DNA of 64,000 bases from an uncultured Planctomycetaceae bacterium (GCA_963815195.1 CAWFGE010000012.1:320001-384000), one strand, 5' to 3'. Positions 18,650-29,700 are shown, counted from the stretch's first letter. Translations and numbers: made by a program. Notes: generated from the letters alone by a model not told the origin.

Positions 18650-21600
18650 ATGCACGAGTATGACCCATACGCGGCCACGCGAAAACTTCCGCCGGGCGCC
18701 GACCTGTCCTTCCTGGAATCGGCCGACGATGGATTTGCGCTCAACGAATACCCGGAGCGAATCAGCCGTTACCGCGTCGAGCGCGTGTTGGGCCGGGGAG
18801 GGTTTGGCCTCGTCTATTTGGCTTATGACGATCAACTTCAGCGGCGGGTGGCGATCAAAGTGCCCCATGCGTGCCTCGTGACGGAAGGCCGCCAGGTTGA
18901 ACTGTATCTGGCCGAAGGCCGAATGGTGGCTGCGCTCGACCACCCGCATATTATTCCGGTCTACGACGTGGGGCAGATGCCCGAGTTTCCGATCTTTATT
19001 GTTTCGAAGTTTATCGAAGGGACGGATTTGGCCAAGCGGCTGAAGCGGAGCGGCATCAGTGCGTTCGCGGCGGCGGAATTGACCGCGACCGTGGCCGAGG
19101 CGCTGCACTCGGCCCACAAGCGGGGCATCATCCACCGCGACGTCAAACCCGCCAATATTTTGATCGACCGGGAGGGACAGCCGCATCTCGGGGATTTCGG
19201 GCTGGCACTCCGCGAGCAGGAAATCGGCCAAGGACCGAGAACGGCGGGGACGCCGGCTTACATGTCGCCCGAGCAGGCCCGCGGAGAAGGCCACCGCGTG
19301 GACGGCCGCAGCGATGTGTTTTCGCTGGCGGTTGTGTTTTATGAAATGCTGGTCGGCCGCCGCCCGTTTTCAGGCGATACTCAGCAAGAATTGCTGGAGC
19401 ATATCGCCGCACAGGACGCCCGCCCGCCGCGCCAGGTCCTGGATGCCATCCCCAAGGAAATGGAACGGATCTGTTTGAAGGCGCTCTCCAAGCGCGCCAG
19501 CGACCGTTACACCACCGCCAAAGATTTCGCCGAGGACTTGCGGCATTTTCTGCATGATCGGCCTCGTAATTTGGTGCCCAAAGCCGGGGAACCGCTTGCG
19601 TCGTCGGAGCCTGAAACGGTGAAGGCATCGGACGTCTGGCCGTCGGCGACTCCCAGTGCCACCAGCCGGCCTTTGAAAATCGTTCCCAAGGGGCTGCGGT
19701 CGTTCGACGAGCACGACGCCGACTTCTTTCTGGAGCTGCTTCCCGGCCCGCGCGATCGGGACAATCTGCCGGACTCGATCCGTTTCTGGAAAGCCCGCCT
19801 CGAGGAAGCCGACCCCGACAACACGTTCCCCGTGGGATTGATCTATGGTCCGTCGGGTTGCGGGAAAACGTCGTTCATCAAAGCGGGCGTGCTTCCCTGC
19901 CTTTCCGAAAGCGTGAATGCGGTTTATGTCGAAGCGACGCCGGACGACACCGAGGATCGGCTGCTCAGGCGGCTGCGAAAGCGATGTCCCGGCCTGCCCG
20001 AACATCTGAGCTTGAAAGACACCGTGACCGCCTTGCGCCGCGGGCAGGGAACGGTTTCCGGGCGGAAGGTGGTGATCGTTCTCGACCAATTCGAGCAGTG
20101 GCTGCACGGAAAACAGAACCAGGAGGACGGCGAACTGATTCAAGCGTTAAGGCAATGCGACGGGGGCAGCGTGCAATGCCTGGTGATGGTTCGCGACGAT
20201 TTCTGGCTCGCCGTCAGCCGGTTTATGAAGAGCTTGGAGATCCGGATCGTCGAAGGCCAGAACAGCGCGCTCGTCGATCTGTTCGATACGGATCACGCCT
20301 GCCGAGTGCTCGCCGCGTTCGGGCGGGCCTTCAATCGTCTCCCGGAAGATTCCAGCAAGACGACCCCCGAGCAGACGCAATTCCTAAACCAAGCCGCGGA
20401 GGGCCTCGCGGAAAACGGGAAAGTGATTTGCGTCCGGCTGGCGATTTTTGCCGAGATGATGAAGAGCAAACCCTGGACTCCCAAAGCCCTCAAGGAAATC
20501 GGCGGAACGGTGGGCGTGGGGGTGACCTTTCTGGAAGAGGCGTTCATGGCGTCGACCGCTCCCCCGTCGCATCGGATGCACCAGCAGGCGGTGCGGGCGG
20601 TGCTAAAGGCGCTTTTGCCCGAACGGGGCAGCCGGATCAAAGGGCGGATGATGTCCTATGACGAGCTGCTCGCGGCGTCGGGCTATCAAAATCGCACGGC
20701 GGATTTCGACGCGGTGCTCCGCATCCTCGACAGCGAGGTGCGGTTGATTACTCCCAGCGATTCGGAGGAAGAGGCCGAGGGAAAAGGCGCGCCGGCGGAA
20801 TCGCCCGCGAAGAAATCCTATCAACTGACGCACGACTTTCTCGTGCCCTCGCTGCGGGAATGGCTGACGCAAAAGCAGAACGAAACCAGCCGGGGCCGGG
20901 CGGAATTGCTCCTGGCGGAACGGGCGCAACTCTGGCAGGCGAAGCCGGAGTCCCGGCAACTGCCCGGCTGGTACGAGTGGATTTCCGTCCTGATTCTGAC
21001 CAACTCCAAGTTTCGGACGCCGGCGGAACGGGCGCTGCTTCGCGCTTCGCGGTCTTATTACACGCGGAAGCTGGCGTTGTTTCTGTTGATTTTTGTGGGT
21101 CTCGCCTGGTCGTTTTTCGCGGTGCGCGCGACTCTTGACGAGCGCGCGGAGCAGCAATACGCCCAGGTGCTGGTGGACCGGTTGCGCACGGGAAAGATCG
21201 AGCACCTCAAAAACGTTTTGGCCGAGATGACTGCCGATCACCGTTACGTGCTGCCTGAGTTGACCGAGATGCGGGCGTTGCCGGAACGCGATCGCCGTTG
21301 GCGGGCGGCGCTGGCGCTTCTTCCGATGGACCCATCTCAGGCGGCATATTTGAAAAACATTCTCTTAGAGCCTCAAACCAAGCCGGACGAGTTCCTGCTT
21401 ACCAGGGACATGTTGAACCGCTATTCGAGGGGCTCGGCGTCCTGGGCCGCAGAGACCTTCCGCGACAAGCCGGCGGCGAGGTTTCGCATGGCGTGTGCGT
21501 TGGCGGGCTGGGAACCGACGCATCCCCTGCTCCGCGAAGAGGCCGGGCTCATCGGGGAACAGTTGTTGGATCAACCCACGGTTCTCTGCCCGCAATGGTG

Positions 21601-23014
21601 CGAGGCGCTGTATCCCGCGCGGGCCAATCTTCTGGATTGGCTGACCGGCGCCTTTCCGAAGCTCACACAGCCCAGCCAGATCTTCAATTGTGCCCATGCC
21701 ATCTATAGGTTTAGCGAGGAAGATTCCGAGAGAATCGTCGGCCTGCTTCCCGAGGCGGACGAGACCCAGTCGCGGGCGCTCACGGAAATCCTCCAGGTCG
21801 AGAATAATCCCGGAACCGCCGAGCAGATTCGACGGCTGTTGGAACAATGGAAACGGCGGAATCCCGGCACACAGCCCGCAAAGGATCGCGTCGCCAAAGC
21901 CATCGTGAACCTGGCCTTGACGTTGTGGCTGATGGGGCACGATGCGGAACTGGCGGATTGCTTAGAGGAACGCGGCGATCCGAGACGCTGCACCTACGCC
22001 CAAGTCGCCATGAGCCAGCCGCGCGTGCCGGCGGAGCGACTCCTTGTGATCTTAACGTCCCCGGACGGAGAGGCGATGCGGCAAAGCGTGTTGACGGCCC
22101 TGGCCGATCGGGTGGAGACATTGCAGCCGGCCCAAAAAGAGACGCTGCTCGAAAGGGCCAAAGAATTGTACGTCTCCGATCCCGCGTCCGGCGTGCATGC
22201 GTTGTGCTGGCTGATTTTGAATCGCTTGGGTCAAAAGGCCTGGCTTGCCGACACGAACCGCGGCTTCGAGGGCGAGGCGTCGCCGGGGCGAAACTGGTCG
22301 CACACCCACGGCGGGCAAATGTTGATTCACTTCGATGCCGGCGGGAGACGGGTCGGCCTGTCGAGCACCGAGGTGACGTTCAAACAGTTTCAGCGGTGGC
22401 TCACAACCTATGCCCACGACAAGGACGTGGATGGAGGCGAAGACGATTCGCCAGCCGGCGGACTCTATGTCCATCAAAGCATTCAATACTGCCAGTGGCT
22501 CAGCGAACAGACCCTTCCCAAGGAGGAATGGTGCTACCCGCCGCTTTCCGAATTGAGCCGCAAGAACCTGCAGCCCGTGGAAGGCTATCTGGACCGCTTG
22601 GGCTACCGGCTGCCCACGGCGGAAGAATGGCGAGCCGCCTGTGCCGCGGGCACGACGACTCCGCGGTTTTACGGTTACGATCCCGATCTCACGCCGCGGT
22701 ACGCGTGGGACATCTCCAGTTCCCGCGCGAGATTGATGCCGGCCGGTTCGCTGCTTCCGAATCGGGCCGGCTTATTCGACATGTACGGCAACGTGCGCAA
22801 AATCTGCGCGACGCCCGTGGATGGGAAAATCCGATATACCGCCGCCAGCTCGTCGGCTCGTTCGAAACCTGCGTCGTCCGTCACGAGATTCCGCGCCGCC
22901 TTGCCGCTGACCATCAACAACAGCGATCCCTATTTGGGATTTCGAATCGCGCGCACGCTGCCGCCCCCCAAAGATCAGGAAAAATCTGAAAAATTCTTGC
23001 TGGATTCGAGGTGA
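18650..23014 (+). CDS. Ser/Thr kinase - STAND-class (nSTAND1-like) NTPase - TM - helical region - FGE-sulfatase/C-type-lectin-fold protein (~1,450 aa)
   Basis: Kinase: GRGGFG, VAIK, HRDVKPAN, DFG, GTPAYMSPE. NTPase: GLRSF..HDA.FF, GPSGCGKTS, IVLDQFEQ, YQLTHDFL...W. TM: KLALFLLIFVGLAWSFFAV. FGE-like: TEVTFKQF, YRLPTAEEW, PNRAGLFDMYGNV, GFRIART. Confidence 0.88.
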   Translation: MHEYDPYAATRKLPPGADLSFLESADDGFALNEYPERISRYRVERVLGRGGFGLVYLAYDDQLQRRVAIKVPHACLVTEGRQVELYLAEGRMVAALDHPHIIPVYDVGQMPEFPIFIVSKFIEGTDLAKRLKRSGISAFAAAELTATVAEALHSAHKRGIIHRDVKPANILIDREGQPHLGDFGLALREQEIGQGPRTAGTPAYMSPEQARGEGHRVDGRSDVFSLAVVFYEMLVGRRPFSGDTQQELLEHIAAQDARPPRQVLDAIPKEMERICLKALSKRASDRYTTAKDFAEDLRHFLHDRPRNLVPKAGEPLASSEPETVKASDVWPSATPSATSRPLKIVPKGLRSFDEHDADFFLELLPGPRDRDNLPDSIRFWKARLEEADPDNTFPVGLIYGPSGCGKTSFIKAGVLPCLSESVNAVYVEATPDDTEDRLLRRLRKRCPGLPEHLSLKDTVTALRRGQGTVSGRKVVIVLDQFEQWLHGKQNQEDGELIQALRQCDGGSVQCLVMVRDDFWLAVSRFMKSLEIRIVEGQNSALVDLFDTDHACRVLAAFGRAFNRLPEDSSKTTPEQTQFLNQAAEGLAENGKVICVRLAIFAEMMKSKPWTPKALKEIGGTVGVGVTFLEEAFMASTAPPSHRMHQQAVRAVLKALLPERGSRIKGRMMSYDELLAASGYQNRTADFDAVLRILDSEVRLITPSDSEEEAEGKGAPAESPAKKSYQLTHDFLVPSLREWLTQKQNETSRGRAELLLAERAQLWQAKPESRQLPGWYEWISVLILTNSKFRTPAERALLRASRSYYTRKLALFLLIFVGLAWSFFAVRATLDERAEQQYAQVLVDRLRTGKIEHLKNVLAEMTADHRYVLPELTEMRALPERDRRWRAALALLPMDPSQAAYLKNILLEPQTKPDEFLLTRDMLNRYSRGSASWAAETFRDKPAARFRMACALAGWEPTHPLLREEAGLIGEQLLDQPTVLCPQWCEALYPARANLLDWLTGAFPKLTQPSQIFNCAHAIYRFSEEDSERIVGLLPEADETQSRALTEILQVENNPGTAEQIRRLLEQWKRRNPGTQPAKDRVAKAIVNLALTLWLMGHDAELADCLEERGDPRRCTYAQVAMSQPRVPAERLLVILTSPDGEAMRQSVLTALADRVETLQPAQKETLLERAKELYVSDPASGVHALCWLILNRLGQKAWLADTNRGFEGEASPGRNWSHTHGGQMLIHFDAGGRRVGLSSTEVTFKQFQRWLTTYAHDKDVDGGEDDSPAGGLYVHQSIQYCQWLSEQTLPKEEWCYPPLSELSRKNLQPVEGYLDRLGYRLPTAEEWRAACAAGTTTPRFYGYDPDLTPRYAWDISSSRARLMPAGSLLPNRAGLFDMYGNVRKICATPVDGKIRYTAASSSARSKPASSVTRFRAALPLTINNSDPYLGFRIARTLPPPKDQEKSEKFLLDSR

Positions 23015-23072
23015 TCTATCGTGTATGTAGGGTGTTATTGTGTCTTTGAACATCCACTTGCGAGGAACACCC

Positions 23073-23690
23073 ATGACATCAGAACCGAGTGGCTCCGGCA
23101 GCGGGTCGCGTCCCTGCGGGACGGGCTGTGCGTGGCGGTATGACAACGATTTGGGCTGTTGGGTCGCGCTCCACGGTTGTGCCGACGAGGACAAGTGGTG
23201 CGATCCTCCCGCTTACAGCTCTTACATCAAGAGTGCGGCCGCATATAAACGGGAACCCGCTTGCACAAGCTGTTACACGCCGGAGGAAATGCAGATGCTC
23301 GCCCGCGCCGCCGCGGAAAGCAAGCTGGCGGTGAAGCGGTTCGGCGTGATTATTCCCAAGATCAGCGAGCCGGCTCGCATTGGCCGCTTCTCCGACGTCG
23401 TGGCCCTCGGCGGCACGAACCAGATTTATTCGCCGACCTATGGCTGGCTGGTCAAGGTGCGGAGCAAATTCCAGACGCCCGGGTCCACACCCCAACCCTT
23501 GACCGTGGAGCCGACCAACCAGCCCGTGGTTTGCCCGAAATTCAGCGAAACGGCTTTTTCCGTGGGCATCATGCTGGAAGAAGGGCCGGGAGTGCTTGAA
23601 CAATACTGGCTCAACGTCACGGCCTCCCAGGGGTGGAGCGTGTTGACCACCGCGGAATGGGACGTGCTCGTCGTACGGATGGCGGTTTGA
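23073..23690 (+). CDS. Hypothetical protein with N-terminal Cys/Trp-rich domain (205 aa)
   Basis: GAGGA RBS then ATG. CGTGCAWRYDNDLGCWVALHGCADEDKWCDPP...CTSC (7 Cys in ~55 aa). No signal peptide. Confidence 0.7.
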   Translation: MTSEPSGSGSGSRPCGTGCAWRYDNDLGCWVALHGCADEDKWCDPPAYSSYIKSAAAYKREPACTSCYTPEEMQMLARAAAESKLAVKRFGVIIPKISEPARIGRFSDVVALGGTNQIYSPTYGWLVKVRSKFQTPGSTPQPLTVEPTNQPVVCPKFSETAFSVGIMLEEGPGVLEQYWLNVTASQGWSVLTTAEWDVLVVRMAV

Positions 23691-23727
23691 CCTGGTGGGA
23701 TCGCTCGGCTTCGGGATCAGATTTTTC

Positions 23728-25081
23728 ATGGACACCTTCGACGTGTTTGACCGGGTTTGCTGTATCAACCTCGACCGCCGGCCCGACCGCTGGGAGCGGT
23801 TTGTGGAAGGACTCCCGGCCGATTGGCCCTTTCGTCCGGTCGAGCGCGTGTCCGCCGTCGATGGAGAGCGGGTCCCGCCTCCCGGCTGGTGGCGTCCGGG
23901 CTCCGGCGCGTGGGGCTGTTACCGGACGCATCTGCGGTTGATCGAAGACGCCCTCAATCAGGGCGTGAACTCCCTCCTCGTGTTCGAGGACGATGCTCTC
24001 TTTGGAAAAGACTTCGCGAGCAAAGTTCGGCGGTTTCTCGCACGGGTGCCGGCCGATTGGGGCATGCTGTATCTGGGGGGACAGCATCTGAAATCCAAAG
24101 AGGTTCCTCCGCGGGCCGTCAATGAAGAAGTCTGCGAGCCTTACAACGTGAACCGCACGCACGCGTTCGCCCTCCGCGGCCCGGCGATGAAAGCGGTCTA
24201 TCGCCACCTGTGCTCCAATGCCTGGCGTGCGGGACATCACATCGACCATCACCTGGGGCAGTTTCTCGAACGGCACGATCCGCGTTACCCGGTGTATTGT
24301 CCGCGGAACTGGCTCGTGGGGCAGGCGGGGGGAGACTCGAACATCACGCCGCAAACCTTTCCCGATCGGTTCTGGGACGGCCTCGGCAAAATCGATGTGA
24401 ACCGGCTTCCCTTTACGGCGATTGTCGGGCTGCACTCGTCCGGCTCGTCGGCCTTGGCCGGCCTCGCGTGGGGGCTCGGCCTTTATCTTGGCGAGAGATC
24501 TCGGCGGATATTACGGCAGCCAGCCCGGCGGGAAATGCGGTTACGAGGATGCGGAGCTTACCGAGATCTGCGAGTCCCTGATTTCCTTTCCCTCGTGCCG
24601 GCGAATCAATGATTCCGAGCAAGCGGGGCGTCTGCGGGACTGGATTCAATCCCGGCGGGTGCAGGCTCATCAATTCAAGGCGGTGGCCGGCGGCAAATAT
24701 CCGCAGCTCTGCCGATTGGGGCCCGACCTCCTGGATGTCTGCGGAAGCCAACTCCGGCTGATTATCTCGGAACGCCCGCTGGAGGATTCCATTCGCTCGC
24801 TCCAAAAACGCTGCCCGCACATGGATCCGGCCCGGATCGAAGCGCACCAGCGCTGGCTCAAAGCGGGCCTGGACGATTTGCGGACAAAAGTGCCCCCGCC
24901 GCGCCAGCTTGTGGTGCGCTACGAGGACTTGCTCGAACAGCCGGAGCGGGAAGCGCGCCGCGTGGCCGGTTTTCTGAATCTCAAGGACCGGGACATGCCT
25001 TGCCGGATCGCCAAGGCGGTCGCGCCGATTCACCTCTACGCGCACCAGCGAAAGAAAGCGGAATCGCAGACGCCGTCCTGA
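23728..25081 (+). CDS. Glycosyltransferase family 25 - sulfotransferase-like fusion (frameshift at ~24495)
   Basis: GT25: CINLDRRPDRW, RVSAVDG, GCYRTH, VFEDD, WGMLYLG, HIDH. The same frame continues into a PAPS-loop-like IVGLHSSGSSALAG. After a shift in GGCGAGAGATCT it continues GKYPQL...ERPLEDSIRSL...VRYEDLLEQP. Confidence 0.75.
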
Positions 25082-25125
25082 ACCCTCCTCCCATTGTCAT
25101 TCGTCGAGCATTTCGCTTCGAAGCG

Positions 25126-25797
25126 TCACAGGGGCGGAGTTTCGAGTTCCGGAAGCACCGGTTCCAAGGCTTCGTCGGGGTCGGGCGGCTGGGGCGAGCG
25201 GTTTTCCGGCAGGCGGCGGTTTTCTTCGGGCATGGGGGGCCGTTCGGAGTTCGGCGGCCTCGATTCCGGCAATTCCGGCGGCGCGGATTTCTTGTTTTTG
25301 CCGGGTCCCGGTTCGCGGTCGAGGGGGAACACTTCGATGTCGAGCTCCGGGAACGCCGAGCCTTGATCCGGATCGCCCTCGCGGACGTGATGGATCCCCG
25401 GCCGCATTTCCACGGGCCCCTCGCCTTCGCGAGCCAGCGGGTTTGAGGAATGAGTTCGTGCATGCTCTGGTTTCCGCTGTTCTCCCGAGGAACGGGAATC
25501 GGCGTTCTCGCGGGGAGCGGCGGGCCGATCCCACGCCAACACGGCCGCCATCACGAGCAGCAGGGCGGAAAACCCGACCGTCATCGTGCCCGCGGAAGAT
25601 CGGCTCCGCTCGGCCGAGGCATTTCGAGGACGGGAAGGCGTCGCCGTCAGCCGGGACGAACCGCTTTGGTGCCGCGGCGGCAAATGGGGAGACTCGGAGC
25701 GCAAGTCCGGGGGCATCTCCTGATGGAAGAATTCCTCCAACAAGGTTTCCACCCGCGATTCGTTCCAGAGAGGTTTACCGTTCTCCGGATGGGTCAT
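25126..25797 (-). CDS. Putative anti-sigma-like single-pass membrane protein with Pro-rich tail
   Basis: Overlaps the 3' end of the ECF gene; short N-domain, TM (VGFSALLLVMAAVLAW), disordered Pro/Glu-rich C-terminus. Confidence 0.55.
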   Translation of the reverse strand: MTHPENGKPLWNESRVETLLEEFFHQEMPPDLRSESPHLPPRHQSGSSRLTATPSRPRNASAERSRSSAGTMTVGFSALLLVMAAVLAWDRPAAPRENADSRSSGEQRKPEHARTHSSNPLAREGEGPVEMRPGIHHVREGDPDQGSAFPELDIEVFPLDREPGPGKNKKSAPPELPESRPPNSERPPMPEENRRLPENRSPQPPDPDEALEPVLPELETPPL

Positions 25798-26314
25798 ACT
25801 CGACTCCTGCCTCGTTCAAAATGTCGGCCAACCGCTGCCTGGCCCGCGAGAGCCGCATATCGACGGCGGAGGTGGTGAGCTCCAGCGTCTCGGCAATGCG
25901 TTGGGAAGGCCAACCTAATGCATATCGTAATACCAAAATCTCCCGGTCACTGGGGCGGAGGCATTCCAAAGCCGCCCGCACCTGGTCGTGAAGTTCTTGA
26001 TGGGCCAGGATCGCGGCCGGGTCGCTGGACCCGCCTTCGGTTTCATCGAGGTAATCGACCGAACGGGCCGCCACGCGTTGATGGCGGGCCATGTCCCGGA
26101 GCCAGTTTCGCCCCACCTTGACGAGCCACGCCCGCATGTCGCGGAGCGGCGGGCCGGAATAGGCTTGCAGCCGGGCAAAGGCTTCTTGCAGCGCGTCGTG
26201 CGCCTTTTCCGCATCGCGGCACTGCGCATAAAACACCGCCCATAACTCGCGGCTGTGGGTTCGATAGACTGCCTCCACCGTGGCGGACCACGTCGTGGCC
26301 TGCTCATCTGACAT
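25775..26314 (-). CDS. ECF-type RNA polymerase sigma-70 factor
   Basis: Region 2: AHDALQEAF...RAWLVKVGRN. Region 4: LRPSDREILVLRY..GWPSQRIAETL...AVDMRLSRARQRL. Confidence 0.92.
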   Translation of the reverse strand: MSDEQATTWSATVEAVYRTHSRELWAVFYAQCRDAEKAHDALQEAFARLQAYSGPPLRDMRAWLVKVGRNWLRDMARHQRVAARSVDYLDETEGGSSDPAAILAHQELHDQVRAALECLRPSDREILVLRYALGWPSQRIAETLELTTSAVDMRLSRARQRLADILNEAGVEYDPSGER

Positions 26315-26794
26315 CAAGCGCCCGGTGTCTTAGGACTTGTTGACCGAAATCTCGCCTCTCCACAAAACACATCAAAAAACTTCCCGCCACACCAGGGAGA
26401 CGAATATCAGGGATCGACCTAACAGGAGACGACAGAATTTGTGCGAAAATAGGGGAAATAATCGAGACAACATGTCTTTCACTGGGGTGCGAAGTCGCGC
26501 CCCGTTGCGTCGGTGCTCCGCCATTAAGCTTGGCAAATGTGGGCCGAAAGAGCAAATGCTTTTTGGGGAGAAGCCGGATTCTTCCCCAGCAGTGGCAAGG
26601 GGAAAGGCCCTCCCAATCTGCTTATTTTGCATATTTGTAAAAAAGCGCTTGACTTATCGATCTTTCCTCGTTTCACTCATGTGATGAATGGGAGGTGTCG
26701 TGAACATCTGCAAATCCTCCATGCTCGAATCTCCAAAAAGTTCCCGGAGTGCCGAGTTCCTTGTCCTATACACCCTGTCGCGGAGATGTGAATC

Positions 26795-29700
26795 ATGTTG
26801 CGCAACTGGCTGGCGGAATGGAAACGAATCGGACGAGTTCTCAGCACACAAAGTCAACGGGACCGCCGGCCGCGGTTCCGCTCCGCGAGAGTCCCCCACC
26901 ACGCGGAGGTGTTGGAGGATCGGACCTTGCTGTCGACGTTTTATGTGGACAACATCGGCGATTTTGTCGTCACGACGAATAATGCCGGCGGTGCGGGCGC
27001 GGACCCGGGGGACATCGTGACGTGGGACTCGACCGGCACCCACGCGGCGGGGGCGGTCGCGGGGTTAACGTTCGGGACGGATGCTTTCTCGACCATTCAA
27101 GACGCCGTCAATGCGGCGGCCGCCAGCGCGGATGCGACGGACACCATCGACGTCGCCGCCGGGACGTTTACGGAGAACGTCAGCATCAATACGAATGTGG
27201 ACATCGTGGGGGCGGCGGTGGCGGGACCGACGATTGTGGATGGAGCAGCTGCCGGTTCGGTGATCGTCATCATGGCGGGCGACACCGTCACCTTGGACTC
27301 GCTCACGATTCAAAACGGGTCCGCGACCAACGGCGGCGGGATCAACAACGCCGGCACGCTGACGCTCACCAACAGCATTGTTCAAAACAACTCCGCGACG
27401 ACCAACGGCGGGGGGATCTTCAATGCGTCCACGGGCATCGCCACCGTGACGGACTCCTCGCAGATCTCCGGCAACATGGCCAGCGGCAGCGGGGTGCCGG
27501 AGGGCGGCGGCGGAATCTTTAACCAGGGCGGCGGGATGATCACGGTCGATGGCTCCTCCATCATCCAAAACAACACCGCCACCGACAGCCGGGGCGGCGG
27601 GATATTCAACGGCCCAACCGGCACGCTGCTTGTTCAAGGCGGATCGCAGATCACAGGCAACCATGCAGGCACCGTCGCCTCTACCCAAAGGTTCGGCGGC
27701 GGGATCTTTAACGCCGGCACAGCGACAATTCAAGGCGGAGCCCAGATCGCCGGCAATACCGCCATCGATCAGGGCGGCGGCATCTATAACGAATCCAGCG
27801 GCACGATGACGGTTCAAGGTGGATCCCAAATCACCGGCAATATCGTCAACAATGAAGGTGGCGGGCTCTTCAACCAGACCTTCGGGACACTGACAATCCA
27901 GGGCGGAACCCAGATCAGCGGCAATTCCGCCGGCGATGACGGGGGCGGGATTTACAATCTCGCCACTCTCACCATCGATAATGCCACCATCGGTGGAACG
28001 GGCGCCGGGAATACCGCCGGCAGCGGCGGCGGCGGGATCTTCTTTGATGATGGGACCATCACCATCACCAACACCACGATTGACGGGAATACCGCAAACA
28101 GTGGCGGTACCGGCTTGGGAACCCACGGCGGGGGCGGGATTTATGTTGATCTTGGGGAGACCTTGTCGCTCGATAGCACCGTGAGCGTCACGGGCAACAT
28201 CGCGCTGCTCAATATTGGCAGGGGAGGCGGGATTTTTGTCGGCACAGGAGCCACCCTGACGGCCACCGGCACCACCATCAGCGGCAACTCCGGATTCGAA
28301 GGCGGCGGGATTCTCAATCTCGGATCGGCGACGATCCAAAACGGCTCGATGATTACCGGAAACTCCGCCTCCGGCGTCGGTGGCGGAATTGAGATTAACG
28401 GCGGCGGGACAATGACCGTGGATGCCTCGACGGTCAGCAATAACAACGCAGTCATCGGCGGCGGGATCGATGTTGTGGTCGGCACGGCGACCATTCAGGG
28501 CGGCTCGATGATCACCGGCAACGCCTCCACCCTTGACGGAGCCGGCATTCGGCTCGAATTCCAGGGCACGGTTATCATTCAGGGCGGATCGATGGTCACC
28601 GGAAACTCGGCCGGAAACGAGGGCGGCGGAATTTCCAGCAATGCCGGCATTGTCACGGTGGATGGATCGAGTGTCAGCAACAACATGGCCGTCAGCCGGG
28701 GGGCCGGCATTCTCAATAACCAGGGCCTGACGACGATTCAAAACGCCTCCACGATTGCCGGCAACACGGCAATGGCTGAAGGCGGCGGGATCTACTCCAA
28801 CGCGGGCACGGTCATGATCCTTTCGGGTAGCCAAGTGACCGGGAACTCTTCGACGAGCGGGGGCGGTATCTTCGGTGCGGCTGCCGGCCTGACAGTGGAC
28901 GATTCCACCATCGGCACCAACACCGCCGCCATGGACGGGGGCGGGATTTGGAGCAGCGGGACGCTAACGGTCTTGGGCGTCACCAATATCAGTGGGAACA
29001 GCAGCGCGAATGGCACCGGCATTGATGTGGCCAGCGGCACGGCGTTCGTCAACGGCACGATTGACGGTAACGGCATAATGGACGGCAGCGCCGACATGGT
29101 GCTCGTTGAAAACGGCGGTCTCCTGGGAGGGACGGGCACGATTGACGGAGCCGTGGAAGTGGAATCGGGCGGCACTGTCGCCCCCGGAACCAGTCCCGGC
29201 ATTTTGAGCGTCGCGAACACCACGTTGATGGCCGGTGCGAATTTCAACGTGGAAGTCAACGGCGTCGCCACCGCCGGGACGGATTACGATCAACTCGACG
29301 TCACGGGCACCGTGGACATCAACGGGGCGTTTCTCGTTACGTCCGGCACCGTCACCGGCACGATGGCGGGCGATGCGGTCGTCATCATCAATAACGACGG
29401 CAACGAAGCCGTCGGCGGCGAGTTTGACGGCCTGGCGGACGGCGACACGGTGATCATCAACGCCGAGACGTTTCGCATTTTCTACAAAGGCGGCGACGGC
29501 AACGACGTGGTGCTCGCCGCTTCGCCCGCGATGATCGATACCATCTATGTCAATGACGACTTCACCGGGACCGACGGCACGATCATCACCGATGCCGACC
29601 CCAACACGCCGGGCGACCAAGCCGCCGTCATTGGCGTCAACGCGTTCGACACCATTCAGGAAGGCGTGGACGCCGTGGCTTCGGGCGGCTCGGTGTTCGT

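Noticed and set aside
22780..23014. FGE/CLec C-terminus as a DGR target
   Set aside because: No matching template repeat, RT or Avd gene in the window; remote targeting cannot be excluded.
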